DNA of 64,000 nucleotides from Pecten maximus (Eukaryota), in NCBI RefSeq assembly GCF_902652985.1, contig NC_047019.1:11780001-11844000 (forward strand), read 5' to 3'. Below the pieces are notes generated by a model. It did not search any database. It worked only from the letters and a program-made list of their open reading frames with translations, and was not told the origin of the DNA. A program made the position numbers and the translations under genes. The first letter of the stretch is position 1; every line of letters starts with the position of its first letter. This document shows positions 12,572 through 25,400 of the stretch, piece after piece.

Positions 12572-15369
12572 ATCACCATGTGTGTGACTGTGCGGTAAAA
12601 CAACCTTGCTGGTTTTCAGAAATAGCTAATTTTATTTTTGCCGACACATCATCACTCTATATATAAATCTACGTCATCACTCTATATATAAATCCACGTT
12701 TTCAAAATTATAAATAGCTCTACCTGTGAGGTATTCTCGGAAGTTGAAATTTATATATCAAGATAGGTTGTTGGATATATAAATACATTAGTCTACCAAG
12801 AAAACTTGTCTTCCAAGAAAACAATTTTTCAATATTATTACAGACGTCATATCCGCCAGGTGCTTGACTCTGTATAGGTTAACAGGTGTACGATTCCATA
12901 AAGCGATAGCTATTTCAATTGTTGTCTGTTCACAGATATAAGTCTAGTTATACCAAATATTGTAACAAGCTGTGAGAAACCTTAGCAGTTTGAGTGTCCC
13001 TTGTATGGTCACCAGGTGCGAAATTTTAAAGTATAAAATACAGTGCATCTTGTTTTCCATACATCGAGTCTATAAACAATTCAACATATAAGATGACGAA
13101 ATGCAAATTTGATGAGACAGTTCAATGGTAACGATCGGTCAGCTAAATGGGCCAATGTATTACACGTAAGGAACGTTTTCTTGAAATGCATTATACAAAT
13201 ATACATAAATGTATTAATTTTTTTATTTATTAATTTATTTATTTTTATAATTTTGTGTATATAATGTATTTCATCTGATAGCATATACCGGTATACATAA
13301 ACACATTGATTTAATTTATCAATAATGAACTCAAAGACTTTATCAATAAAGCTTTTATTTTCCCAATGCACGTATATTAACATACTATATTCTTGTCATG
13401 CCTTCAATACACAATTGATTACGAAGGTAAGGGTACATAATAGGCATAGCGACTACATCAACATATTCAAACTATAGAGTATGTTTACGCACATGCCAAT
13501 ATAGAAATATCAGGCGGCACAAACAAGGAAAGCTGTAAAACACGTGCCATCCCTGTAGATGACGTAAGGATTTATTTATAGTTACAATAGTATTTATTTA
13601 ACTAAGCAGAACATGACATATGAAAACATGCATGCAAAAGTACAGAAAACGTACGTATGCTGATCCTTCTAATCAAATACCCAAACCTCTGAAAATACAT
13701 TGACAACTTAAGGATTTATTTATATTTCTCTTGAACATTTTATAATTCTCATATATGTTGTTGCTTTAATGTATATTAGAAGTTTTTTGTTGATTAAAAA
13801 AAAAGATCACTAAATTAATGCACATATTTTAATATGTTTTTATGATTTCTTTTTACCAATGGCCTCTCCTGGATTTTCACGCTTTCAGTCCCTATCAATG
13901 TTAGCACGACCTATTAGGGATATTCGACAGATACGTGGTATTACTGAATTTTAATTACCAGTGTGTTTGTGGAACCGTTCGTGATAATCTTTGTTATTAT
14001 TACCACACGAGTTTAATATTTGCTATCAAGAACAATTTTAGCGACAATGCATAATAATTTGCGGTATTGTATATGATCAGTGATTGTCTTATATGCTCTT
14101 GTGTTGATCAAATTGAACATATTCCAATTAGGTGCGCATGTATTTCTGCCATTTCTGTAGTATTTGATAAACTGAAATTGTATATATTTCCGTAAAGTTT
14201 GAGGGTACTTGCTGATGTTGTTCAACACTATGAACCACAATACATCTATCAATGTCGATTAAGACTGCGCTTGTCTGCTTTTGACTGGTCCTATGTAGCA
14301 AAACGGTTCATGCCTAAAGTTTTAAAATTAAGAATGAAATCAAAAAAATATAAGTGGGCTTAAATTAATTATAGAAACGGTATTGCTCTTCGCCGAATAC
14401 TTAACAATTCTGAAACTTTTAAAACTTGAATAATTTTACTTACTGGAATAAGGTTAATTTGATGGTATAGTTATCTGTCATAAAAGGTAGGGATTATGGA
14501 AGATCTTATGTATTTTATAAACCTTATAAATATATTGTTGATATATGCTATATATCGTTGGTTAAGGCTTCTCGTTAGCTGTGTAATGTGATAAGAAGGT
14601 TACATGTTAAAAAGGTTAAACAGGAGTGGCATTTACATCATTGTGGAGCGATCATAATTTGCCTTAATATTGTGTGATAGTTGTCCGACAAAATGGAATG
14701 GTATAAACTTTTTTGGTTTATTTTTAAACATATTTTCCTGATACTTACTTGAGGTAATTATCTCCCTTTAACCGACAGGTTTGAATTATGAAGTATGAAT
14801 GTTTGAATGATATTATTTTTCGCATCTATGATCTTGTCAGGGTATCGGGTAGACCAATCACTGCATCATTGAAACGCTCGTTTGAAAGAACTAGATTTGG
14901 TGTAGTGGTGTATACTGTGTGGAGGGCTGGGATTAGCCATTATGTACAATATATGTCCTCAGACAGGAGAGCTCACTTTCCATACATACCATACATACAA
15001 AATCAGCACTTTTTCTTATCGTTCATTTCTCAAAGCAATCGCATATAAGTTTCATATACATTCACTGTTTACTCCTTTTGGTTACCCGAGCTTTATTTTA
15101 AACTTTCTTTTATTTCAGTTCTAGCAATTATTTGCTAAAATCTAGACTTACCATTTACCTAACCTTCTGAGACCTGGGAACTCCTTTTTGGTCGTGGAAT
15201 TATGTGAATTTAATTTATTATAAAATAGCATTGATGAAGAATCAATATAAACTTGTTTTTCTATCAATTGCATACGATATGATAGAGATGTACTATCCAT
15301 AATAAATCGGATTCAAAATAAACGTTTTCTAGCTTTTATAAAACCGTCCCCAGTGAATTGGTATAAGTT

Positions 15370-15599
15370 TGGTTTGGTTTGTTTTTGTTTAATGGCCTAT
15401 TAACAACCAAGGTCATTTAAGGACGTGCCAGGATTTGGAGGTGAGGAAAGCCGGAGTACCCGGAGTACCGGAGAAAAACCACCGGCCTACGGTCAGTACC
15501 TGGCAACTGCCCCACGTAGAGTTCGAACACTCAACCATGATATAGAGGGCTAGTGATAAAGTGTTGGGGCACCTTAACCACTCTGCCACCGCGGTCCCC
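15370..15599 (-). mobile_element. tRNA-derived SINE (V-domain-like), full length
   Basis: A box GTGGCAGAGTGGTTAAG, B box GTTCGAACTC, central TTTTTCTCCGGTACTCCGG and an AAACC tail. 11-bp TSD TGGTATAAGTT (15359-15369 and 15600-15610). Near-identical to 49096-49318. Confidence 0.9.
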
Positions 15600-16426
15600 T
15601 GGTATAAGTTATAACACTTATAAGAATACTGCAATCACAAGATATAGAGTGTCAATTACATGTATTATAAAGTTTAAAAGAATAAGAATATTGACTATTC
15701 AGACAGCATGATATGGTTGATGTTTGTTCCTGGTATGTAACTTATACTTACCAATTTATCTCTAAGGGCTTCCATGAATAAAAAAAAAATAGCATTCACC
15801 AAGAATACCCTAGCATATATAAACATTTCTTACCAGTGAAGCTTACATTTCTTTCGAAAAACTCCTGATTATCTCGGTTTGTCCCCGATCGTTCAAAAAA
15901 CTAAAACCATTGTGCTAGTATATCTGTATCATTATGGACAACATTGCAAGTATATTTTGCCTAATTATGAATTTTTATTCAATTTTTTTATTTTTGTCTT
16001 TGTTAAATCCCATTGGGCGTTTTTATACTTTCACACCAGTGATATAAAACGAATTGGAAAAACAAATTGAAAAATCATCGCAATAAAGAAAGTATTTCCC
16101 TTCCTTGTAATTCATACATCATTAAGATGTTTTTCTAAACTGGAACCCTACTGCTTTTTTTAGAAAGGAAATTTAAGAATATACCACCACAGGTTATAGA
16201 AACAGATGCTTTTAAAATCGCCAGTTTAATGTATGTGTATTGTATCCATATACCATGCTATATGGCAATGTCAGAATATCGAAAGCTACTGTGTAATAAC
16301 AATATTGTCAAGTCATAAATACTGTCTTCATCTCGAAAAGAAAGAACTTTGTGAAAGTTTTAGTTATGTTCCCATCAATACGAGAAATAAAAGCCTCGTT
16401 CAGTAAATTCCATATTACACTACTAC

Positions 16427-19400
16427 TCATGTAAGATCCTCTATTTGTGGATGAAATATCATTCCTTGTTGCATTGTGACATCCTCTTTCCGACTGTAGA
16501 ACAGTAGATAGGCGTCTCCGTTCGGATTGGTTGTGGGATTGGCTCCAGTTGAGACATGCGTGTCACTACAGCGATACCAGCTGTTTCCTAATCTGACAGT
16601 AGCTGTGTAATGACCTCCATTTATACTTCCGTGGTGGTTTACAACTCCATACAGATCATAAGGTATGCTTTTACACTGTGAAATAAAATATATTGAAATT
16701 GCGGTTTCAGTAAAAGCGATTTGGACGTATACGAACGTCTTGCACATTTATAAGTATATTGTTTTTTCAACATAGGCGCTTTCTTTCGAATAGTTCACGT
16801 GTTTGCAAACGTTCAACTTAAAAATATCAGACGAATTATTAAAAGAAGTGGCAAAAATGCCGACAAAATGTTAAAGGGTCTCTTACTGTGAAGCATCGTA
16901 TTCATTATTTTACAAACATACCTTTTCATCAAGTTTTATTTCATTCGAAAATTTGATTCTTGCGATGTTCTTGCGAATTCTCTTCGTTCTATAATCCATG
17001 TACTTTATAAAGAAAATACACATTCTTTCAACATTCTGTTTAAAACATATATAGAATACAGATGACTGAAGAGAGGTGTTTAAACAGCTTCAACGGTGTA
17101 TAAGGCATGTATAGAACGGATTGGGTCATATTATTCATAAACACTTTGGAATTTAAAAAAAAAATCAAAAAACTAAAAAACAATAAATTTTATCATGGCT
17201 ATAAAGATGAATGAAATATATAATTAAGCAAAATTCTATGTTACCTCCTCGAATCGTCCCATCTGTAACACCAATATCTTAGGAAGTTTTGTAAAGACTA
17301 ATTGCTTCTTTGCTACTGTATCTGAAAAAAGACATTTTGTGGCTACAATTTTATCGCTAATAATGATTAAAAGATAATCTGACGTATCATGTTAATTTTT
17401 TATACTCAATTTGCCAAATATTCAATATGAACTAAAACAAAATATTCGATTCATCACTTCTAACTTCTTACCTAGATGTTTTTCCTCACACATTCTACAT
17501 TGAAGGAGGTTTTTCTCAAATGTTTCCTCACTGCAGAAGTCTTTTATGCATGCATACAGGTTCTATTTTGAAACGAAGATATGATGTAATATAGAATCAT
17601 GTTGATAACAAAAGAAATGGACGCAAAACTATCTTAATGAAACAATTTAGGAGGAACCTTCAATGCAATATATACGCTCCTTAAGATGATAGTTTCATGC
17701 TAACTCTTGCAGTACTGATATCTTGATCTTCTAAGCGTTTGTGTCAAACATAAAAATCGTGATTGTTAATTGATAGTCTACGATGGGCGACAGCGGTCGT
17801 CGTCTCATACACGCTATTAGAAAATATAGAAAGATGTGTGCTTGAAAAAGTATAACATCATGACACTTCGTACAGGCGTGTAAGAAAAATGTTTATAAGA
17901 ACTAGAGGCCCATGGGCCTTAACGGTCACCTGAGATTTGAAATATTTCAGTTAATTAAATTGACCGTTTTTGGCCCAAACCATCAGTCCCTAAGGGTCAG
18001 TCAAGGCCAACATGTGCACATCATCAAACTGTCATCACATACTCGTAATGTTATCCAAATTAGAATTAATTCCAAACGATCGTTAAAAATGTGATTTCCC
18101 TATATAAACTTTAGTAAAGTTTACCCCCTCCCTAGGGGCAAACGTGAAACCACAGGGTGATAAAATCCACAATTTTAGTAAAGCATCTTATACCCTTCCA
18201 TCTATGAAGAGTACCTAAAACTGTATTTGATTCTATATTATTTGGATCGTGAAAAGAAGATTCTTGAAAGTTTAGTCAATGTGAACCAAATTAGAATGAT
18301 TTCCAATGGAAATCAAACAAATCATAGTCTAAAATGTGATTTCTCTATATAAACTATAGTAAAGTTTAGCCCCTCCCCAGGGGCAAACGTGAGTCTCAAG
18401 GGTCATGAAATTCACAATTTCGGTAAACCACCTTAAGACCCTTCCATCTATGAAGAGTGTTTGATTCCACCATATCTCAGAGTAGAGAAGAACATTTTTG
18501 AAATTTCAGTCACTTTGACCCTTTTTAGCCCCACCCATCAGCCCCTGGGGGTCAATTAGGGCAACATATGCATACCATCAAACTGTCATCCTATGCTGAT
18601 AATATAAACCAAGTTAGAACGAATTCCAATAGAAATCCAACAAATAATAGTCAAACATGTGATTTCCTTATATAAACTATAGTAAAGTTTACACCTTTCC
18701 CAGGGGCAAACGCGAGACCCCAGGGTCATGAAATTCACAATTTTGGTAAAGCACCTTAAGAACCTTTCGTCTAAGAACTCCCTGCCAAATTTCTTTGATA
18801 TTTTGAGGTTTTGGAAACGAAGTTGAAAATGTAAATTGTTTAGGGACGCACGACGGACGACGACGGACAAAAGGTGATTAGAATAGGTCACTTGAGACTT
18901 CGTCTCAGGTGACCTAAAAAGTGTACCATGACAAATCGTATACTCAAACGATTGCTACCAAATTCACTAAGATTGCTACATAAAGTTTAGAACGGCAGAG
19001 ACATTTTTAACACTTCTCAGAAACCGAATACATAAGTTTATATATATATATAGGTTTACATGATTGAAACGTTATAGCAAAGTTTGTCCACCAAAGTTGT
19101 GTTGACTCGGCTGATGTTAATACAATTCTCTCCATCTTCGTGAAAATCGATTCAATTTCTTGTCATCTACATGAATATGAATGAATGATGGATCTCTACA
19201 TCTCTTTATTTTTCATATAGGGGAAATGTCAAACAGTGTAGAGTTTGAATGTCAACATTAAACAAATGCTAGGTTCAATTTTTTTTAAAACCCCGACACA
19301 TGATACGAGTACATAGCATCGTAGCATATACATGGGTAAATAAGACCAGTATGAAATCATGGGTAAATTGGACCAGTATGAAATCATGGGTAAATTAGAC

Positions 19401-22400
19401 CAGTATGAAAACAGGGCTAAATTAGACCAGTATAAAATTATGGGTAAATTAGACCAGTATGGAAACATGGGTAAATTAGACCAGTATGGAAATATGGGTA
19501 AATTAGACCAGTATGAAATCATGGGTAAATTAGACCAGTATGAAAATACGGGTAAATTAGACCAGTATGAGATCATGGGTAAATTAGACCAGTATGAAAA
19601 TATGGGTAAATTGGACCAGTATGAAATCATGGGTAAATTAGACCAGTATGAAAACATGGGCTAAATTAGACCAGTATAAAAATATGGGTAAATTAGACCA
19701 GTATAAAATCATGGGTAAATTAGACCGGTATGAAACCATGGGTAAATTTGACCAGTATGAAAACATTGGTAAATTAGACCAGTATGAAAACATGGGTAAA
19801 TTAGACCAGTATGAAAACATGGGTAAATTAGACCAGTATGAAAATATGGGTAAATTAGACCAGTATGAAAATATGGGTAAATTAGACCAGTATGAAAACA
19901 TGGGTAAATTAGACCAGTATGAAAACATGGGTAAATTAGACCAGTATCAAAACGTGGGTAAATTAGACCAGAATGAAACCATCACCTTAAGAAATAAAAT
20001 AATATAAAAGATATAACCTCTTGATTTGCTATTGGCATCAGAAGACTTGTAAAACGCTGTTCATCGGAATATTCCACCTGAGAGAGAAACAAAAAAATTG
20101 TAAAACAAATAGTTATATTGTTACCAAATATTTTTATTTCTATTGTTGCCTTTCAAACAAATTCTAACACATCACTCACTATACATTTGGTCCTTCTGTA
20201 GCATGGTCAAAATCGTACGCCTCTAATCCAGAACTTAGTTACGTTCATGATGGGAACTATTTTCATTTAATTCATTGAATTTAATTGAATTAAATCAATG
20301 TTAATTGATTGAGAATATATTGCTTTACTAATAAACACAAAATGTACTCACGTGATCACATGTGTTATATTTGAATAGGTTCGTCATCATTCCTTCAAAT
20401 ATTTCGCAAGGGTTTCCGTCTATAAACATAGAAATAACTTATTTGTTGTATCTGTAGTTGTGAGGATCATTTTCCGAAGGCAAATTTATGGAAAGAGATG
20501 ATAATCTTCAATTTAATACTACATGGTACATACTGGTAATTCTTATTTCACGGGGAGAAAACATCCTGACTATTTCTACTATATTTAAAACTTAACTTTA
20601 TACGAGGTATATCACTCAGGTTTTACATTTTTAAAGATATGTCTAAATGATTAAAAGCATTAAACAGTTATAAGCAATAAATTATGTATCATTTGCAGTG
20701 CATTTCAAAACACATGATCTAAATCGGGTAGGAGATCCTGTCCCCTGTACTGAATGTCATGGCTTTTATTTTGGTTACTGAAACTCCGTGTTCTGTATCG
20801 AAAATGTCAGACATGTGGGTAAGCTCGGTAGAGGCAACTCCATTACATCAGAATTGCCATCCAGAGCTTACAGTATTTTTTTCTGCACGTACATGTCCTG
20901 GTAGTCATAAATTACCTGGGCCATAGAAAAGAGTATTGACATTATTTAACATTTAGGTCGTTATTGTGTTTTGCTTTCTATAGCAATTCAAAACTGATTA
21001 AATTTTTTAAGCTCTACCGTTGATTAACACATCATTGCGGTTGCTATAAGCGGAGCAGGAAATGCTTGCTATCAAAACGTCTGCTTCCTCTTCATGATTT
21101 GTTTCAATATTTCCTTTTAAGATTATTTATCCATAAGTATACATTGAAACTATTGTAGATTTTTCAACGAAGTACAAACCATTTACATATTATAAATGAT
21201 AGGAAAATATCTCGGAACACATACTGAAAAGCAAATTTGGCGAATCCTCCCTTGTTCAAACAAGACAGGCTCATACTGAACTACATAATCTACGTATATT
21301 GTCGGTGGCAAGCAAAGCTGTATGATTAAAATTGACAAAGTAAGCGCTTGTTGTCTCTCTGTATACTGAAATATGTTACAATTATTAAGATTGATTTACA
21401 AAAACCAACGAATGATATGAACAAAGATATATTAACATACCTGAATCGGCCTGCACGCAGTTAATAAGTGCAAGAAAGAATGCATGACTGTCATCCTGTC
21501 TCCCTATACTAAATGAATCTTCTCTGTAATTGAGAATGAAATTTAACTACACATAAAACTGCCTGCAAAATTTCTGATTAATATCCTGCTCTGCAATCAA
21601 CCATACCACACCATAACGTTAAAAAACCTGTGCAGAATTATATCCTGTAATGGTATTGTACAGGTGGATAGTCGGAGTGCAACTGTATAAGGGCATGATA
21701 TTACGATGTGAACAACGAATCAATCCAATATTAAACCGGATAAACTTTCTGTCTATAAGTGGACGGGCGGACGGACGAACGGATTGATTTCAATATGTCT
21801 CCATAACTAGGACAAAGAAAACAAACTCAATAAAACTAAATATTCCTGAAACACCGTTTGTTAAATGCCAATACACTAGACACACGAACATTATACAGGT
21901 GTGCATACATCAAAGTAGATAAACAGACGTAGTCTCCGGATATGAATATTCTTCCAAATCAAATTCAATGTGATGGATCAATATTTGCATAACTTGACAT
22001 TAATGAACACCTAATGATTTTATGTGTTGTGATGATATCCGATCTGGAGCATCTGGAGAGTTTGAGAGATCACCAACCTTTTGAATACTGAATGAAGTAG
22101 ACTATGCACTATCTCGTAGTAGACGCAACGAGTACCAGGCGTATTTAGCTCAGTCAGTATCTTTTTCAACAGCGAACCACTCCCTTTCTGACACTACAAT
22201 GTAAAAGTTATTTGAATAATTTTCCACTAAATGCACATCGTATCATAATTGTCATAACGCTAACCACTAGATATAAAAAATAGTTCCACTTTCAAGTGAC
22301 AATATTCTAAACAGTTATACTCACATTTTCAAGATAACTTTGTAGCGAAGGTGATTTCCCTAAGACCTGTTAAAACATAGATTCGTCATCATAATGTCGG

Positions 22401-25400
22401 ATTTTAAAGTAATCAATATAAACCAAAACTTTCACAGAAATACAAAATTTTGATTGAAGCAGTATAAACATTATGCCATTCCCAACCCTATTATTCTAGT
22501 ATGGCTGCTTATAGAAACATATCATGCCATTGAACAAAATCTGTTACTTAGTTTTATTTCTACAGACATGCGTGGATGATTGATCGTGGTTATGACGTTG
22601 ACATTTGGCTTTTTTTTTAATTCATATACGCATGTCATCGAATGTCTTATCAAGGAGTTTTACTTTCAAAATATAAACACTGTCCACCATAAGTCAGTAT
22701 GTGGGGATAATTGGAAATTTCTATACCTTGGGATAGAATAGAGAAATATTCACCCTAGGAGGAGATTTTCTGTGTTTAATCGGTGGGTTTGCGGATGAAT
22801 TGATTTTATATTAAACGTTTCTTTAATTGCATCATAACTTGACTTACCTGAAGAACACTATTTGCATAACAAGTATTTCCGAGGTTAGGTATTCCCTGAA
22901 ATTGAAAGGATCATACTCATTTTACCACGTATGGCTGCACTGGACATATCGTAGTTAGTTAGTCTGATAAGTTGATAATGGTAATAAGCCCAATTACTTA
23001 AAACTGTGTTCGCATTACAATTTGTACAATGTAGAATTCTTACGAACTACATGATATGGTACTGGGATGATGAAAATGTTTTCGAAATTAAAATACGAGT
23101 ATACGGGTAGGATATATCTGCATGTACATTCAACCTACGGAAAGGTCTTTATGAAGTAGTGGATAACGACCATCCGATGAAAAAGTAAGTGATTAAATTA
23201 CCCTCGCATTCTGTAGGTACTAGGTATCATATAGCCTTTTCAAGGTTTTTTTCTGGAAACATCCATTTCAAGAAAAATTTATCGACTAGGGGAAAATAGG
23301 AGGCTTCAGTATAGACGAACACGTCAATTTGATACTCTTGTGAATGTGCCGTCATCTGATGTCATAGACTTCTATGAAGGGAGAGGTTATGAAAACAATA
23401 CAATGACAACATACCTGCAACTTAATTGGAAAGCCGTTGTTGTAATTGTTCGTTTTCAAAATGATCAGTGAGTTTCTAACTTTTAGTAGCTACGTATAAC
23501 TTACCGTTACATGAGCCCGGCCACTTGAAGTTCTTCCTGTGAAAATTGTTCAGTTTGTATAATTCATAGTTGCTTAACCATATATCATATACATAGATAA
23601 TTATACTAGTGCAACACCACAAGCAATTTACATATTTGTTGTAAAACTTTCAAATTCACGGAGAGAGTTTTTCATTAATTTAACCAATAAAAATACATCA
23701 ACATAAAACTATTTTGAGTTCTTAATTCTTCATCAACATGATCATAGTCATTATAGACGAATTATGAAACATTTGAATGTTTGTTGAGTGATAGTTTAGC
23801 AATTATATCCAGTAAGATTTTCAAAATAATCTCACCTTGAGGATAATTGCTATGTGGACTGCTTGCATTTTTTATGGATGCGTGCTGAAAATAAAACAAA
23901 AAGACAATCAAATTATCTAGGTAAACACAATTGCATGGTTAACGGGCGTTCAATCCTCAAGTGCGTGCATTTTGGTTTTGATTTTGTTTTTGTTGGGTTT
24001 TTTTTTTAGGTTTTTCAAAAAAAAAAAAAAAAAATACAAACATTTGCCCCTTATTTACCAAATCTTTATCTCCTTTGGGACATTTTCCTTTGCTCTTATT
24101 TTGATCGATCTTATAGACTTTCTCTTTTACATTTTGATATGCTTCTGTTTTCTTAAATAATGATACTAATACATTGTCCGATATTGTTTCTGCTATTGTC
24201 TTGCCGTATTGCGGAATTGCGATATACATTTACCGGGGAAAGCTGCGTATTTGTCCGAATTGTTGTCCATGTTGATTCACCCACAAAAGAATGGACTTGA
24301 TAATTCTTATTGTTTTCCTTCAAACTGGGGTTATCTTCCCTGTAAGATTTTGGAAGATCACAAGATCCGTCTGTTATATGGCTCTTTCCCTCAGAGTTGC
24401 CGTTGAGTGAAGATTCGGGCTGAACATCGCTTTGTGGATATTTTTTCTCAAAGTTATCCTCAGAGCTGGATTCAAGAGGAGCACTATGATCAGGGTGTCT
24501 CGCTTTGTCTCCAGCTACAGTTTCGGAATACTGTTTAGTGGGGCTATTGTTTTCCGGGAATTGGTTGTTTGCGGTAATGTCTTCCAATCGTATATCCTTC
24601 TGTAAATTCTTATTGTCATTGTGAATCGGTGCGGTGTTCTAAATAAAAAAATATATCTTTTACCAATGAATTGTTGATGAGTTTTACAAATCATGAAATA
24701 CCTTTCCTTTTTATATAAACTGTGCGAACAACTAGAAAACATATACAATTTTTTTTATTGCAAAATGCAATCAACAGCGTTAAAATTCTATAAAACGTAA
24801 CCAGATGTCTTTGATAATGGCACTTTGATGTATATAAAAATAGGTTTTCTTCAAATCAACAGAAACATAACATTTTATAGTATTAGAGCTGACCAAATTT
24901 TAAATGCCATTGAGAACAGTAAGTACAGTGAGGACAGTAAACAAATTGTTTTTTCTCTCTTTTTAGTGAGGAATTTCTATGGGACATCTGCTGAATTATT
25001 TTTTGACAAATTCACAAATCAATTCGAATGATCCAACAACAAAACTAATTGAAATTCTAGAAAACTCTATTACATGCAATCAAAAAATGCTTAATAGTGA
25101 AGAAAAATGTATAATTCGTTTTGCTAAAGATGTTGTAATAGTCACACATATATACATAAACATTAATGAGGAGTTTAATGGATGCTTGTAGCCATTACTT
25201 CTCTAGAGACAGCTGAATCCCTCAATGTTGTAGAACCACTCGGCGAAAAGGTCGTGACCTTCGGCGGCCCCTCTTGATGTGAAAGTGTAACAAGGTGTTG
25301 TGTGTTCTCTGACTGTGCTTTGTTGGTCTGTAAACATTATTAAAATGTGAATTAATATTGAATGGTGCTGTCATATATTTTTTCTCGAACGGATTCATTG

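Noticed and set aside
19229-20007. ORFs MGKLDQYEN and MFSYWSNLP as protein genes
   Set aside because: They are a minisatellite inside a gene 2 intron with a frameshift mid-array. The flanking USP exons join in phase without it.
23202-23210. 9-nt micro-exon (NAR) before the gene 2 Cys box
   Set aside because: AG/GT flanks exist, but exon 23336-23371 (..SDDGTFTR|gtatc) parallels gene 3 (..SDGDLIR|gtatc) and is the better candidate. It cannot be supported without RNA data.
23957-24229. Lys-rich ORF as a frameshifted continuation of exon 24234-24638 (pseudogene signal)
   Set aside because: A phase-0 donor at 24233 joins exon 23836-23884 in frame, so no frameshift is needed.
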